A DNA stretch of 64,000 nt from Candidatus Eiseniibacteriota bacterium (lineage in GTDB: Bacteria > Eisenbacteria > RBG-16-71-46): NCBI GenBank assembly GCA_035712145.1, contig DASTBI010000115.1, positions 3,827 through 67,826 of the forward strand, in the 5' to 3' direction. Positions 26,183 to 36,435 of the stretch are shown here, in pieces; positions within the stretch are counted from its first letter, which is position 1; the number at the start of each line of letters is the position of its first letter. The notes under the pieces are model-generated. The model searched no databases. It saw nothing but the letters and a program-made list of their open reading frames with translations, and was not told the origin of the DNA. Position numbers and translations under genes: made by a program.

Positions 26183-29125
26183 GTGACCCGACCGGGTTTC
26201 GGGAGCGATCCATTGAAAATAGAACCCCGCCGAGCGTGGGGCCGAGTGGCGCTGCTGGGGCTTCTGGCAGCGTCGCCGGCTCATGGTGGCCGTTTGGATC
26301 CCGCCGATGAAGCAGCAACCCGGAGTCTGGCTGAGTACTGGCAGCATCGCCCAGCGAACAGCGGAGGGATGAAAGGCCGCACCGCAGCTCCGGCGGCACT
26401 TCCCGACGTCTTCGGCCCCGGCGCCGTCCTCACGGTTGGAAACGTGGTGATGAAGGTGACCAACTTCGGCACCATCGGGAACGCATTCGTGACGTCGAGT
26501 GATCCATCAGGACAGTGGCCTGGGGCTTCGGGAGTCGAGTATCTCTTCGCGATGTTCCTGGGCGTGGGCGGCGTGAACCCCAACGCGACCGATCCGACCG
26601 CGATGCGGCGGATGAGCTACATCCCCGAGTGGAATCCCCCGACTCCCGATCCCGAGGACAGGATGTACCGCGCCTATGACGGGATCATCAGCGGGAACCG
26701 GCTGGTGAACGATGACGGGGACTTCAATCCATTCACCGGCGAGCCGAGCATCGACGAGGACTTCCTCGACGGCCGTGACAACGACGGCGACAGCCGCATC
26801 GATGAGGACTATGGCGCGCTGGGTCAGCAGATGTTCTCGTGCGTGATGCGCGACGACACGCCGGCGGCCTTTGCGGCGAGCACGGCCGAAGCCCACGTGC
26901 CGCTGGTGACCGAAGTGCGGCAGCTGGCCTGGGCCTACTCGGTGCCCGGGTTCATGGATTTCAACGTCATCCAGTGGGACGTCTACAACCGCTCCGGCCA
27001 TAGCCTCGACAGTCTCTACTTCGGAGGCCTGGTCGACATGGATGCCGGGCCAACGCCCATCTCGACCTACTTCTCGGACGATCGTGACATTCCCTATTTC
27101 CCGAGCGGCGAGTTCAGGCGGACGGTGGGGCCGGATGATCCGCGCTTCCAGAGTGTGACGCTTCCCGGCGGAGCCAGGGACACTCTCTGTCCGGTGCAGG
27201 CGATTCGCATCAACGGCTTCTCGCTGGTCGACGACAACGGCGACGAGGGACGAACCCCGGGCGTGGTCTCGCTTCTGCTCTTCGGGCACACCCTCGATCC
27301 GCTCGGTATCCGCGCGCCGGCCCGGGTCGGATTCCGCGCGTTCCGCTCGTACGTTCAGGGGACGCCGTATCTGAGCAACGGCGGCCCCACCATCGACCAG
27401 CAGCGTTTCGAATTCCTCTCGAGCCGCCAGAACATCGATCCAGCCACGGGTTTCCTCAGCGCCCCGCCAGGCGATCAGCCCGGCGACTATCGGGCGTGGT
27501 TCTCGGTCGGTCCTTTCCTCGATATTCCCGATGGCGGCATGTTCAGCGCCACCCTCGGAATCGCCGTGAATCGCGGCAGGTTCGTGGACCTCCAGGATTA
27601 TCCGCTCGACTATGCGAGCTACCAGGCGGGCTTGAAGTCGGAGTCCGATCTGTTCGAGAAGTACCCCTCTCTCGAGACCGCCTTCACCGCGCAGATCGCC
27701 TACGAAGGCGTCTATGAGCCGCCGCTGCCGGGCTTCGAGGCGCAGGTCCCCGACTGTCACGGTTGCGAGACCGGGGTCAAGCTCCCGGCGGGCTCGACCC
27801 CCACGGTCATCACCGAGGTCTGCCCCGATCGCGAGGCGGTGTCCAAGCAGGTCACGGACAATGCCTATACCTGGTTCGACCTCGACTGCGATCCCTGCAC
27901 CGGCGCGTGGAACGAGGCCAGCGGACAGGGTTATTACCTGCGGCACTGGAACGCCGAATCGCCTCCACCCAGTCCGAACCTGAACGTCGCGGCATCCCAC
28001 AACTACTCGGACAATCCCGACCGTGTGCGGCCGGCGGGGGACAATCAGGTGACGCTGGCGTGGGACAACGTTGCCGAGACCACAGCAGACCCGAAGGTGA
28101 AGAAGTTCGACTTCCGTTCCTACCGGATCTGGAAGGTGGCGGGCTGGCGGCGTCCGGTCGGCGCCGCGGGTCCCAACGACGAGGATTGGGCCTTGCTGGC
28201 GGAGTATCGCCTGTTCGACTACGCCGACAGCAACTCGACCCGCGATCCGAACGCGGACACGCTGGTCTGCCCGATGGTCTTCGTGCCCAGCCACGACTAT
28301 CCGCCGGGGCATCCGCACTGCAGCGATCCTCTCGCGGATCCGCTCGAGCTTCGGGGTGGCGGCTGCCGGGACACGGCGACCGTGAAGATCTGCCTCCGCA
28401 ACGGTGACTTCTGGGATCGTCAGACCGGGGTGATCCTGCGCCCCGAAGCGGTCGACTGTGTCCGCGGACCCGGAGGAGAGTGCCTGCAGGACAGCGGATG
28501 GGCGCTGGAGGTTCAGGACATCTCCAGGGTTCCTCCGATCAAGAAGTCACGATATCCGGTGGGACGCTACCTCTATCTGGACCGCGAGGTGAAGAACGGC
28601 TTCGTCTACTTCTATTCGGTGACGGCCGGAGACTCGTCGTCAGGCGGTGAGCTCTACGGGCGCCGAACCGCCGTGGAGGCGGACCAGGTGGCCCCCCAGG
28701 GCTCGACCAAGTCCGGAAAGTCGGTATGGGTGGTGCCCAATCCGTATCGCGGATTCACGAGCATCGACGCCCGTCCCTCGGCCTGGGACCTGACACCCAA
28801 CGCGACCGATCCCACCGGAACGCACATCGACTTCATGGGCCTGCCACAGGGCAAATGGAGGATCCGCATCTACACCGTGTCCGGGGATCTGGTCGCGGAG
28901 CTCCACGAGGACGACGCGGTCAACCCTTCGATTCGAAACCCGGTCACGGGGCCGGACAACGTGACCCGTCCCGGGTACAACCGCCAGCAGGACTCGCCGG
29001 ATGACGGCCAGGCTCGATGGGACCTGATCTCGCGGAATGGACAGGACGTGGTGAGCGGCATCTACGTTTTCGTGGTCGACTCCAACGAAGGCGTGCAGCG
29101 AGGAAGGTTCGTCGTGATCCGTTAG
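26183..29125 (+). CDS. large (980 aa) secreted protein of unknown function with T9SS C-terminal sorting domain
   Basis: Signal peptide (RVALLGLLAASPAHG). Asp-rich Ca-binding-like repeats (NDDGDFNPFTGEPSIDEDFLDGRDNDGDSRIDED). C-terminal ~80 aa ...WRIRIYTVSGDLVAEL...VSGIYVFVVDSNEGVQRGRFVVIR is a Por_Secre-tail-type CTD. The start may instead be TTG 26213. Confidence 0.7.
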   Translation: MTRPGFGSDPLKIEPRRAWGRVALLGLLAASPAHGGRLDPADEAATRSLAEYWQHRPANSGGMKGRTAAPAALPDVFGPGAVLTVGNVVMKVTNFGTIGNAFVTSSDPSGQWPGASGVEYLFAMFLGVGGVNPNATDPTAMRRMSYIPEWNPPTPDPEDRMYRAYDGIISGNRLVNDDGDFNPFTGEPSIDEDFLDGRDNDGDSRIDEDYGALGQQMFSCVMRDDTPAAFAASTAEAHVPLVTEVRQLAWAYSVPGFMDFNVIQWDVYNRSGHSLDSLYFGGLVDMDAGPTPISTYFSDDRDIPYFPSGEFRRTVGPDDPRFQSVTLPGGARDTLCPVQAIRINGFSLVDDNGDEGRTPGVVSLLLFGHTLDPLGIRAPARVGFRAFRSYVQGTPYLSNGGPTIDQQRFEFLSSRQNIDPATGFLSAPPGDQPGDYRAWFSVGPFLDIPDGGMFSATLGIAVNRGRFVDLQDYPLDYASYQAGLKSESDLFEKYPSLETAFTAQIAYEGVYEPPLPGFEAQVPDCHGCETGVKLPAGSTPTVITEVCPDREAVSKQVTDNAYTWFDLDCDPCTGAWNEASGQGYYLRHWNAESPPPSPNLNVAASHNYSDNPDRVRPAGDNQVTLAWDNVAETTADPKVKKFDFRSYRIWKVAGWRRPVGAAGPNDEDWALLAEYRLFDYADSNSTRDPNADTLVCPMVFVPSHDYPPGHPHCSDPLADPLELRGGGCRDTATVKICLRNGDFWDRQTGVILRPEAVDCVRGPGGECLQDSGWALEVQDISRVPPIKKSRYPVGRYLYLDREVKNGFVYFYSVTAGDSSSGGELYGRRTAVEADQVAPQGSTKSGKSVWVVPNPYRGFTSIDARPSAWDLTPNATDPTGTHIDFMGLPQGKWRIRIYTVSGDLVAELHEDDAVNPSIRNPVTGPDNVTRPGYNRQQDSPDDGQARWDLISRNGQDVVSGIYVFVVDSNEGVQRGRFVVIR

Positions 29126-29206
29126 TGCGCGATGTTCTTGCCGTCGCGCCTCGGGTTCCTCTAGCTTCCCCCGACCGCCGGTTCGGAAGGCGGTCGGGAG
29201 GGATCT

Positions 29207-30448
29207 GTGCAAGACACGATGGCGCTCGTACTGGCGGGAGGCCGAGGCGCTTCCCTGAGCGTTCTGTCGGCAGAGCGCGCGGAGAGCGCGCTTCCCTTCG
29301 GCGGCAAGTACCGGGTCGTCGACTTCGTCCTCAGCAACTGCTGTCACTCCGGGATCGTTCGCGTCGGCGTGCTCACCCAGCACGCGCCGACGTCGCTGCA
29401 CGACCACATCGGGTCCGGCCGTCCGTGGGATCTCGACCGGCGTGATGCCCGCGTCTTCATCCTCCAGCCATTCCTCACCCGCGAGAGCTCCGGCTGGTAT
29501 CGCGGCACCGCCGACGCGCTGGCCCAGAACCGGGACCTGATCGAGGAGAGCCGGGTGCGCCGCGTGCTCGTGCTTCCGGGCGACCACGTGTACAAGATGG
29601 ATTACCGCGAGCTGGCGCGCACCCACGAGGAGCGCGGCGCCCGCGTCACGCTCGCGGTGACGCCGGTGCGGGCCGAGGAGACGCGGCGCTTCGGCATGGT
29701 GACCGTGGCCGACGGCGACCGCGTCGTGGCGCTCGACGAGAAGCCGCCCGCCACGTCGTCGCGCCTTGCCTCGATGGGTGTCGTGTTGTTCGAGGCCGAC
29801 GTATTGCTGGAGGCGCTGGACAGGAAGCCGGTCGACCTGACGCTCGACATGCTGCGTCCGATGATCGAGTCCGGCGAGCGCGTTTTTGCCCATCACTTCC
29901 GCGGCTACTGGGAGGACGTGGGAACGCTCGCCACCTATTACCGCGCCAATCTCGATCTGCTCGCTCCCGAGCCCGGTCTGACGCTCGACGATCCGGAGTG
30001 GCCGATCCTCACCCGCGACGAGGAGCGCCCGCCGGTGCTCGTCCTGCCCGGCGCCGAGCTGGAGGGGAGCCTGGTGGCGAACGGCTGCCGCGTGGCGGGC
30101 TGCGTGCGTCATTCGATCCTGTTCCCGGGCGTCACCGTCGAAGCGGGCGCGGAAGTCACCGCGTCGGTGGTGCTTCCCGACGCCTGGATCGGACCGGGTG
30201 CGCGGCTCGACCGCACGATCCTCGACAAACATTCGTGGATCGGCGAAGGGGCGCGCGTGGGTCTGGGCGTCGCCACGGGGCACGCGCCGCTCACGCTGCT
30301 CGGCAAATACGTCCACGTTCCCGAAGGCGCGGAGGTGGGTCGTGGAGCGGTGCTCGGCGTCGGCGCCGGCCCGCAGGATTTCCGCGACCGGAAGATCGAG
30401 CCCGGCACGCGCGTGCCCGATCGTCAGGGGCTGGAGGTGCGGCCGTGA
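29207..30448 (+). CDS. glgD: glucose-1-phosphate adenylyltransferase paralog, probably regulatory/non-catalytic (GlgD-like)
   Basis: ADP-glucose pyrophosphorylase fold (LAGGRG...FGGKYRVVDF...GDHVYKMDY, left-handed beta-helix C-domain). Catalytic signatures are degenerate: GASLSV instead of GTRL, RAESALPF instead of RAKPAVPF. Confidence 0.75.
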   Translation: MQDTMALVLAGGRGASLSVLSAERAESALPFGGKYRVVDFVLSNCCHSGIVRVGVLTQHAPTSLHDHIGSGRPWDLDRRDARVFILQPFLTRESSGWYRGTADALAQNRDLIEESRVRRVLVLPGDHVYKMDYRELARTHEERGARVTLAVTPVRAEETRRFGMVTVADGDRVVALDEKPPATSSRLASMGVVLFEADVLLEALDRKPVDLTLDMLRPMIESGERVFAHHFRGYWEDVGTLATYYRANLDLLAPEPGLTLDDPEWPILTRDEERPPVLVLPGAELEGSLVANGCRVAGCVRHSILFPGVTVEAGAEVTASVVLPDAWIGPGARLDRTILDKHSWIGEGARVGLGVATGHAPLTLLGKYVHVPEGAEVGRGAVLGVGAGPQDFRDRKIEPGTRVPDRQGLEVRP

Positions 30449-31722
30449 GCGCTCAGCGCTACGCGTTCATCCTCGCCGGCGGCCTGGGAACGCGGCTCTG
30501 CCTGTTGTCGGAGCAGCGCGCGAAGCCGGCGGTGCCGTTCGCGGGCAAGTACCGCATCATCGATTTCACGCTCTCCAACTGTGTCAACTCGGGCATCTTC
30601 GACGTCGGGGTGCTGACGCAGTACCGGCCCACATCCCTGCACCGGCACATCGGCATCGGACGACCGTGGGACCTGGACCGGACGCGCGGAGGCGTGCAGC
30701 TCCTCCAGCCGTCGCTCGGCGCCGTGTCGGGCGAGTGGTATCAAGGCACCGCGGACGCGATCTATCGCAACCTGATCCACATGCGGCGGCGCAACGCCGA
30801 GGAGCTGCTCGTGCTCTCCGGCGACCACGTGTACAAGATGGACTACGGCGTGCTCTACGCCTTCCATCGCGCCAATCATGCGGCGGCCACGGTGGCGGTG
30901 ACCGAGGTCCCCGCCGACTCGGTGGGCGCCTTCGGCATCGTGGAGGCGGACGCCACGGGCCGCGTCACCGGATTCCTCGAAAAGCCCAAGCAGGCGCGCT
31001 CGAGACTGGCTTCGATGGGCATCTACCTGTTCGAGCGTGAAGCGTTGATCCGCTGGCTGGTGGAAGACGCGGGAATGCCGGAGTCGAGCCATGATTTCGG
31101 GAAGGATCTGCTGCCGCGGCTGGTGGAGCGCGGCGAGCGGCTATTCGCGTATCGGTTCCGCGACTACTGGCAGGACGTCGGCACGCTGGATTCCTACTAT
31201 CAGAGCAATCTCGCTCTGCTCTCGGCGGAGCCGCCGCTCGAGCTGCGCGACGCCGAATGGGTGGTGCACACACAGAGCGCGGACCGGGCGCCGGTGCGCT
31301 TTCAGGCGGGCAGCCGCGTCGAGCAGAGCCTGATCTGCAACGGCTGTCGCGTGGCCGGCGAAGTGGTGCACTCGGTGCTCTCGCCAGGCGTCACGGTGAT
31401 GCCGGGGGCCGTGGTGCGCGACAGCATCGTGATGAACGACACCGTCGTGGGCCGAGGCGCGGTGCTCGATCGCGCCGTGGTCGACAAGAACGTGAGGGTC
31501 GGCGATGGCGCGCGGATTGGTCACGGCTCCGCCGACGTGCCGAACCAGGCTTGCCCGGAGCACCTCTCTCAGGGGCTGGTGGTGGTGGGCAAGGACGCTC
31601 AGCTGCCCGCGGAGGTGTCGATCGGCCGGAACGCGCGGATCGGGGCGCACGTCCGGCTCGAGGCGTTCACGGGAGACGTGCCCAGCGGAGGTGTGGTGCA
31701 CGGCCCCGCGGCCGAGCACTAG
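30445..31722 (+). CDS. glgC: glucose-1-phosphate adenylyltransferase (catalytic subunit)
   Basis: Intact motifs [49 protein letters not shown]. The GTG start with GGAGGTG SD overlaps the upstream paralog's stop (GTGA). Confidence 0.85.
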   Translation: MSAQRYAFILAGGLGTRLCLLSEQRAKPAVPFAGKYRIIDFTLSNCVNSGIFDVGVLTQYRPTSLHRHIGIGRPWDLDRTRGGVQLLQPSLGAVSGEWYQGTADAIYRNLIHMRRRNAEELLVLSGDHVYKMDYGVLYAFHRANHAAATVAVTEVPADSVGAFGIVEADATGRVTGFLEKPKQARSRLASMGIYLFEREALIRWLVEDAGMPESSHDFGKDLLPRLVERGERLFAYRFRDYWQDVGTLDSYYQSNLALLSAEPPLELRDAEWVVHTQSADRAPVRFQAGSRVEQSLICNGCRVAGEVVHSVLSPGVTVMPGAVVRDSIVMNDTVVGRGAVLDRAVVDKNVRVGDGARIGHGSADVPNQACPEHLSQGLVVVGKDAQLPAEVSIGRNARIGAHVRLEAFTGDVPSGGVVHGPAAEH

Positions 31723-31762
31723 GGCAGGCTGCCCTCGGCTTCTTCGGCAGCCTGCGAAGCGT

Positions 31763-33775
31763 CTAGGCGGGGATTCTCAGGCGCTGTCCCGCGCGAATCA
31801 CCGAAGAGCGGAGCCCGTTCGCGGCCTTGAGGCGGCTGATCGTGGTCCCGTTGCGGCTGGCGATGTTGCCCAGCGTATCCCCCGGCCTCACCACGATCAC
31901 GCGTTTCACCGATCCCGAGTAGGCGCTGCCGCGACGCGACGGCCGTGGGGGGGTGAACGAGGCGACGCGTGCGCTGTCGGCGGCCAGATCCTCGGCCGTG
32001 ATCTGCGTCGCATCGCCGGTGCGGATCTTCAGCCGCGTGCCTCGCCTCACCGCGGAGGTCTTGAGGCGGTTCCAGCGCTTGATGTCCTCGACCGTCGTTC
32101 CGGTGCGAGCGGCGATCGAGGCGAGCGTCTCGCCGCGGCGGACGGTCACCGTCTGGCGGCCTTCCGCGTCCGACTCGCCGTCGAGCTTGGCCGGCACGCC
32201 GATCTTGCGCGGCGGCACGTAGGCCGTGGAGCGCCGCGGGTCGTCATCTTCCAGGGCCGCGACTTCCACCGGCGCGCGGTGATGCGAGCGGATGGTGAGC
32301 ACCATGCCGCGGCGCAGAGGCCGCGCCTTGCTGATGCCGTTGTCGCGAGCGAGCCTCGTGGCGTCCACGTGGTACTGGTTCGCGATTCGCTGGATCGTCT
32401 CGCCGCGGCGCACGCGGTGCTTCACCGACAGATCGGTGGCGGCAATCTTCTCACCGCTCTGCAGCTTGGCGAGCACGGTCTCGGCCTTGCCATCTGGAAC
32501 GCGCAGCACGGTGATTCCATCCTTCGCCGGCGCCGCGCTGCCGCGCACCGCGGGGTTCAGCTCGCGCAGCGTCTCGTAGTCGCACTCCGCCAGCCGCGCG
32601 ATCGCGCGCAGGTCGACGCTGCCCTTGAGCGCGAGCTCGTCGAAGTCCATGGGGTCGTCGAAGTCGACTTCGGCGAAGCCGTACTTCTCGGGCTCCCGGG
32701 CGATGGTCAGCACCGCCATGAAGGCCGGCACGTATTCCTCGGTCTGCTTGGGAAGGCGAAGGTCCCAGTAGTTCGTGGTGCCTTGGCGCTTGATGGCCCG
32801 CAGCACGGTGCCTTCGCCTGCGTTGTACGAGGCCAGGGCCAGCGGCCAGTCACCGAAGATCGTGTAGAGGTGCTTGAGGTAGCGCGCCGCGGCGACCGTG
32901 GATTTCTCCGGATCGCGCCGCTCGTCGACCCACTGATTCACGGTGAGTCCAAAGAGGCGTCCGGTCGAGCGCAGGAACTGCCAGGGACCGACGGCCGCCG
33001 AAACGGACTTGGCGTGGACGTTGAACCCGCTCTCGACGAACACGAGGTGAACGAGATCGGGCGGGAGGCCTTCCTTGCGCAGCACCTCGCGGAAGAGCTT
33101 CATGTAGCGGCCGGAGCGCTTGAGCCAGCGCTCGAAGGTGGACCGGCCCTGGCCGGTGAAGAACTGGATGTGACGCAGGACGTCGGCGTTCATCTGCGGC
33201 CGCAGCTCATCGACCGCCGGAGCGTTCAGGACCTTCGGGTCCGCGCTTCCGTCATCGGGGGCCTTGGGTTCCTTGGCGTCGTCTTTCGAATCCGGCGCCT
33301 TGGCGCCGTCCTTCTCCTCGATCGCTTTGCGCGACGCGTCGCGCAGCGCGGACATCTTGGATTTGAGCTCGACCAGGTCGCGGCGCCGCGACGCATCGAG
33401 ATCGCCATCCAGCACGCGGTCGAGTTGGCCGAGCGACGCTTCGGCGGTGGCCACGGCGGACCCATGGTCGCCGGATTCGCGCTGCGCCCACGCGGACTCG
33501 TAGGCCGCGCGCGCGGACTGGGCGACCGTGGCGATGGAATCCGGAGCCGCCGCGGTCTGAACCTGCACCTCGGGCGCAGGGGCTTGGACCTGAACCGTGG
33601 GCGTCGGGGCCTGGACCTGAACGGACGGGGCCGGGGCCGACGATTGAACTTGAACGATGGGGGCTGGGGCCCCAGCCACGAGAATTTCGGGTTCTACGGC
33701 CCAACTCGGAGTTGGGTCGGAAACCGCAGCCGCGGCCAAGAAGGCCGTCAGGATCAGGGCTCGAACCGGCGTCAT
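31763..33775 (-). CDS. mltD: membrane-bound lytic murein transglycosylase D-like (SLT domain + 4 LysM domains)
   Basis: ATG at 33775 gives a signal peptide MTPVRALILTAFLAAAAVS. SLT catalytic region (LVFVESGFNVHAKSVSAAVGPWQF...ASYNAGEGTV). Four LysM repeats near the C-terminus (HRVRRGETIQRIA..., VTVRRGETLASIA..., VIVVRPGDTLGNIA...). Confidence 0.85.
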   Translation of the reverse strand: MTPVRALILTAFLAAAAVSDPTPSWAVEPEILVAGAPAPIVQVQSSAPAPSVQVQAPTPTVQVQAPAPEVQVQTAAAPDSIATVAQSARAAYESAWAQRESGDHGSAVATAEASLGQLDRVLDGDLDASRRRDLVELKSKMSALRDASRKAIEEKDGAKAPDSKDDAKEPKAPDDGSADPKVLNAPAVDELRPQMNADVLRHIQFFTGQGRSTFERWLKRSGRYMKLFREVLRKEGLPPDLVHLVFVESGFNVHAKSVSAAVGPWQFLRSTGRLFGLTVNQWVDERRDPEKSTVAAARYLKHLYTIFGDWPLALASYNAGEGTVLRAIKRQGTTNYWDLRLPKQTEEYVPAFMAVLTIAREPEKYGFAEVDFDDPMDFDELALKGSVDLRAIARLAECDYETLRELNPAVRGSAAPAKDGITVLRVPDGKAETVLAKLQSGEKIAATDLSVKHRVRRGETIQRIANQYHVDATRLARDNGISKARPLRRGMVLTIRSHHRAPVEVAALEDDDPRRSTAYVPPRKIGVPAKLDGESDAEGRQTVTVRRGETLASIAARTGTTVEDIKRWNRLKTSAVRRGTRLKIRTGDATQITAEDLAADSARVASFTPPRPSRRGSAYSGSVKRVIVVRPGDTLGNIASRNGTTISRLKAANGLRSSVIRAGQRLRIPA
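33541..33673 (-). repeat. in-frame tandem coding repeat (APAPxVQVQ x4) in the MltD N-terminal linker
   Basis: Peptide AGAPAPIVQVQSSAPAPSVQVQAPTPTVQVQAPAPEVQVQ. The nucleotide repeat unit is ~ggacctgaac... Confidence 0.5.
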
Positions 33776-34008
33776 CTGTCGGTAGTCCTTCCTGGGGCCT
33801 CGAGTGCCCGCAGGGTTGCGGGATATCCGGCGCAACTTAAGAGCGCTGAATGCAGGTTGCAATCCTTCTCTTCGATTGCACCGGCGCAAACCCATATCGG
33901 GGGAGCGCCTGTTGGAATGCCACCAATGATGATACGGCAAACCGCGTGCCACAACGCCTTCGCGCATTGACACTTGCGGAGCCGTCCGATAGGTTGCGGC
34001 ACGGCCTG

Positions 34009-36249
34009 ATGCCGCTGTCAATGAAACGCCAATCTTTTGACGAGGGGCTCGACCGCATGCCGTATCTGACGGCTGATACCGACCGGTGGTTGGTTTCGGC
34101 CCGAGTCGGCGGCGAAGTCTTGACCACCCGAGCCTCCGTCAAGGGTCTCGAGCTCGATCTGCTGGGTCCAGTCGAGGGCTTTGCACCCGCAGAGCTCGAG
34201 AGCTGGCTTCAGAGCCTGGCTCAGTCGGTCGCGGAGGGTGTGGCCGAGGTCCCGCCAGGTGATCCGGTGCCGCCCATGCTGCGAGAGGCGCTGGGCGGTC
34301 TGCTCTTCTCGCGCGCCGAGGTCTGGAACCGCGGCACGCCGCCCTGCGCGATCGCGCTCGTGGCCGGCGAGGAGAGAATCGGGTTCGGCTGGGTCGGCGA
34401 GGCTTCGGTCCAGGTCATCCTCGATGGAGCTCGTCTCGATTCGGAGTGGGTGTCGATCCGGGACCCGCAAGGCCGCGAGGCGCGCGCTTGGTGTGGTTCG
34501 CCTCGACACGACGTGCGCATCGAGCTCTCGTGGTCGCCGGGTCCGGCGCAGGAACCGGTGAGCATCGAGGTGCGCTGGAACGGAGCCGTCGCGATTTCGG
34601 CCGCGGCTTCCGAGATGGCGTCCATCGACGAGCGCCTGCCGGCCCCCGAAGCCGTGGAGCCGGCCGCGTCGATGTCGCAGACGTCGTCCGTGGAGCTCTC
34701 GCCTCCCGAGGGTGAAGCGCCGTCTTCGGGCGTGGCGCGCTGGCTGGCCCAGCACCTCCAGTGGGATCGCCCCGAGACTTCGGTCGGGGAGAGCTCGCCG
34801 ACCATCGAGGAGCCCGTCGAGGCGGAAGCGGCGCTGCCCGAGCTCATTCCGCCGACCCCCGAGCCGGCCGAGGTCACCGACGCCTCGATCAGGCCCGACA
34901 CGCCGGAAGCGCTGGAACCCATCGACCCGACGCCGGGCGCCGCGGCGCAAGGGACGGCCGAGCCGCCGATCGATCGGATTCCATCGGAAGCGCTCGACGC
35001 CATGGCGACGCCGGAGCCGGAAGCGCTGCGAGAGCCCGAGCGCAGGCGGCCGCCCCCGCGCCATCCGCAGTGGCCCGAGCCGCCCGAGGACGAAGCCTCG
35101 CCGCTGGCGCGCCGCTGGAAGCCGATCGCGCTCTGGTCCGCGGTGGTGCTCGCGCTCTTCGGCATCGGATGGTTCGTCGGCTCCATGCAGGAGCAAAGCG
35201 GTCCGGAGCAGACGCGCCGCCCCTCGGGTCTGGTGCTCTTCCTCCGCCGCGTCGGGCTCGCGCCGCCGCGCTTCGAAGTCGCCGTCACCAGCCGGCCGCC
35301 GGGAGCCTGGATCGCGATCGACGGCAAGGAGCTGTCGGTGCGCACGCCGGCGACGCTCGAGCTGGCGCCGGGCGAGCATCGGGTCGAGCTCTCGTTTCCC
35401 GATCTAGGCAGCGCCGCGTACCGCGTGACCGGCGGCAAGGGCGATCGAGTCTCGCTCGACGCGCCGCTGTGGGGATCGCTGGAAGTGATCGCGAGCGAGT
35501 CACGAGCTCAGGTCGAAGTCTCGCTCGACGGACAATCCATCGGCTTCGTTCCGATCCGTCTCGACAGCGTGGCCCCCGGACCTCACGAGCTGCGCTTCAC
35601 CGCGGGATCGACCGCCTGGGGATCGACGATCGAGGTGCGCGTGGGAGAAGCGCGCGAAGTCCTCGCCTATCCGTTGCAGTCCCCGGCGACCGGACTCCTG
35701 CAAGTGCGGGCGACCCAGAGCGAGGATGGGGAGACCACTCCGCTCGAGGGCGCGCGGGTGTGGGTGGATGGCGTGTCGCGCGGCGTGACGCCGCTCACGC
35801 TCGAGTTGTCCCGCGGTCCGCACAGCGTGCGCGTCGTGCACCAGCGCGAGGTCGCGCCGATCCAGGTGATCGACCTGCCGGGCGGCAATCAGCGCTTCGC
35901 CACGTTCGATTTCGGGCTGCGCTCCGACCTGCCGGAGCTCACGCTCAAGGCCCCGCCGCTATTCACGGTCGACGAGCCCGGCCTGGTGTCGGCGACGCTC
36001 AACGAGATCGGCACGGCCGAGGTGCGCGAGATGTGGCTCCACGTCCGCACGCCGGAAAATCGCTGGCGGCGCTATCCGATGACGCTGCTCGACGCGCAGG
36101 GCAGCGTCGTGGGCGCGGCGCCGTTCCCGATCGCGCTCTTGGCCGAGGACGGACAGCAGCTCTATTACGTGAGCGCGCTGACCACGCAGGGCGACGAGAT
36201 CTTCACCGAGATGCAGACCGCCCGCGGCCCCGCCACCGCACGGCGCTGA
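34009..36249 (+). CDS. PEGA-domain membrane protein with uncharacterised ~270-aa N-terminal domain
   Basis: A central TM helix (IALWSAVVLALFGIGWFVG) is followed by at least 4 PEGA-like beta-sandwich repeats (AWIAIDGKELSVRTPATLELAPGEHRVELSF; VSLDGQSIGFVPIRLDSVAPGPHELRF; VWVDGVSRGVTPLTLELSRGPHSVRVV). A candidate promoter TTGACA-N17-TAGGTT sits at 33967..33995. Alternative starts at 34021 and 34057. Confidence 0.6.
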   Translation: MPLSMKRQSFDEGLDRMPYLTADTDRWLVSARVGGEVLTTRASVKGLELDLLGPVEGFAPAELESWLQSLAQSVAEGVAEVPPGDPVPPMLREALGGLLFSRAEVWNRGTPPCAIALVAGEERIGFGWVGEASVQVILDGARLDSEWVSIRDPQGREARAWCGSPRHDVRIELSWSPGPAQEPVSIEVRWNGAVAISAAASEMASIDERLPAPEAVEPAASMSQTSSVELSPPEGEAPSSGVARWLAQHLQWDRPETSVGESSPTIEEPVEAEAALPELIPPTPEPAEVTDASIRPDTPEALEPIDPTPGAAAQGTAEPPIDRIPSEALDAMATPEPEALREPERRRPPPRHPQWPEPPEDEASPLARRWKPIALWSAVVLALFGIGWFVGSMQEQSGPEQTRRPSGLVLFLRRVGLAPPRFEVAVTSRPPGAWIAIDGKELSVRTPATLELAPGEHRVELSFPDLGSAAYRVTGGKGDRVSLDAPLWGSLEVIASESRAQVEVSLDGQSIGFVPIRLDSVAPGPHELRFTAGSTAWGSTIEVRVGEAREVLAYPLQSPATGLLQVRATQSEDGETTPLEGARVWVDGVSRGVTPLTLELSRGPHSVRVVHQREVAPIQVIDLPGGNQRFATFDFGLRSDLPELTLKAPPLFTVDEPGLVSATLNEIGTAEVREMWLHVRTPENRWRRYPMTLLDAQGSVVGAAPFPIALLAEDGQQLYYVSALTTQGDEIFTEMQTARGPATARR

Positions 36250-36435
36250 CATCACGGTCGTCACTTCGACGACGACCGTAACGCCGTCGTCCGTTGGGTC
36301 GCTGAACGGGTGCCCGACTCGCCCGGTCGCGTTTCGGACTCGCGTCGCAACCGCTGACACGGGGCGCCGTCGCGCCGTTCAACGCCGATCAGCCGGTCAG
36401 AAGACGACTGGCACGCCACTCGCCGATGGCCCGGC

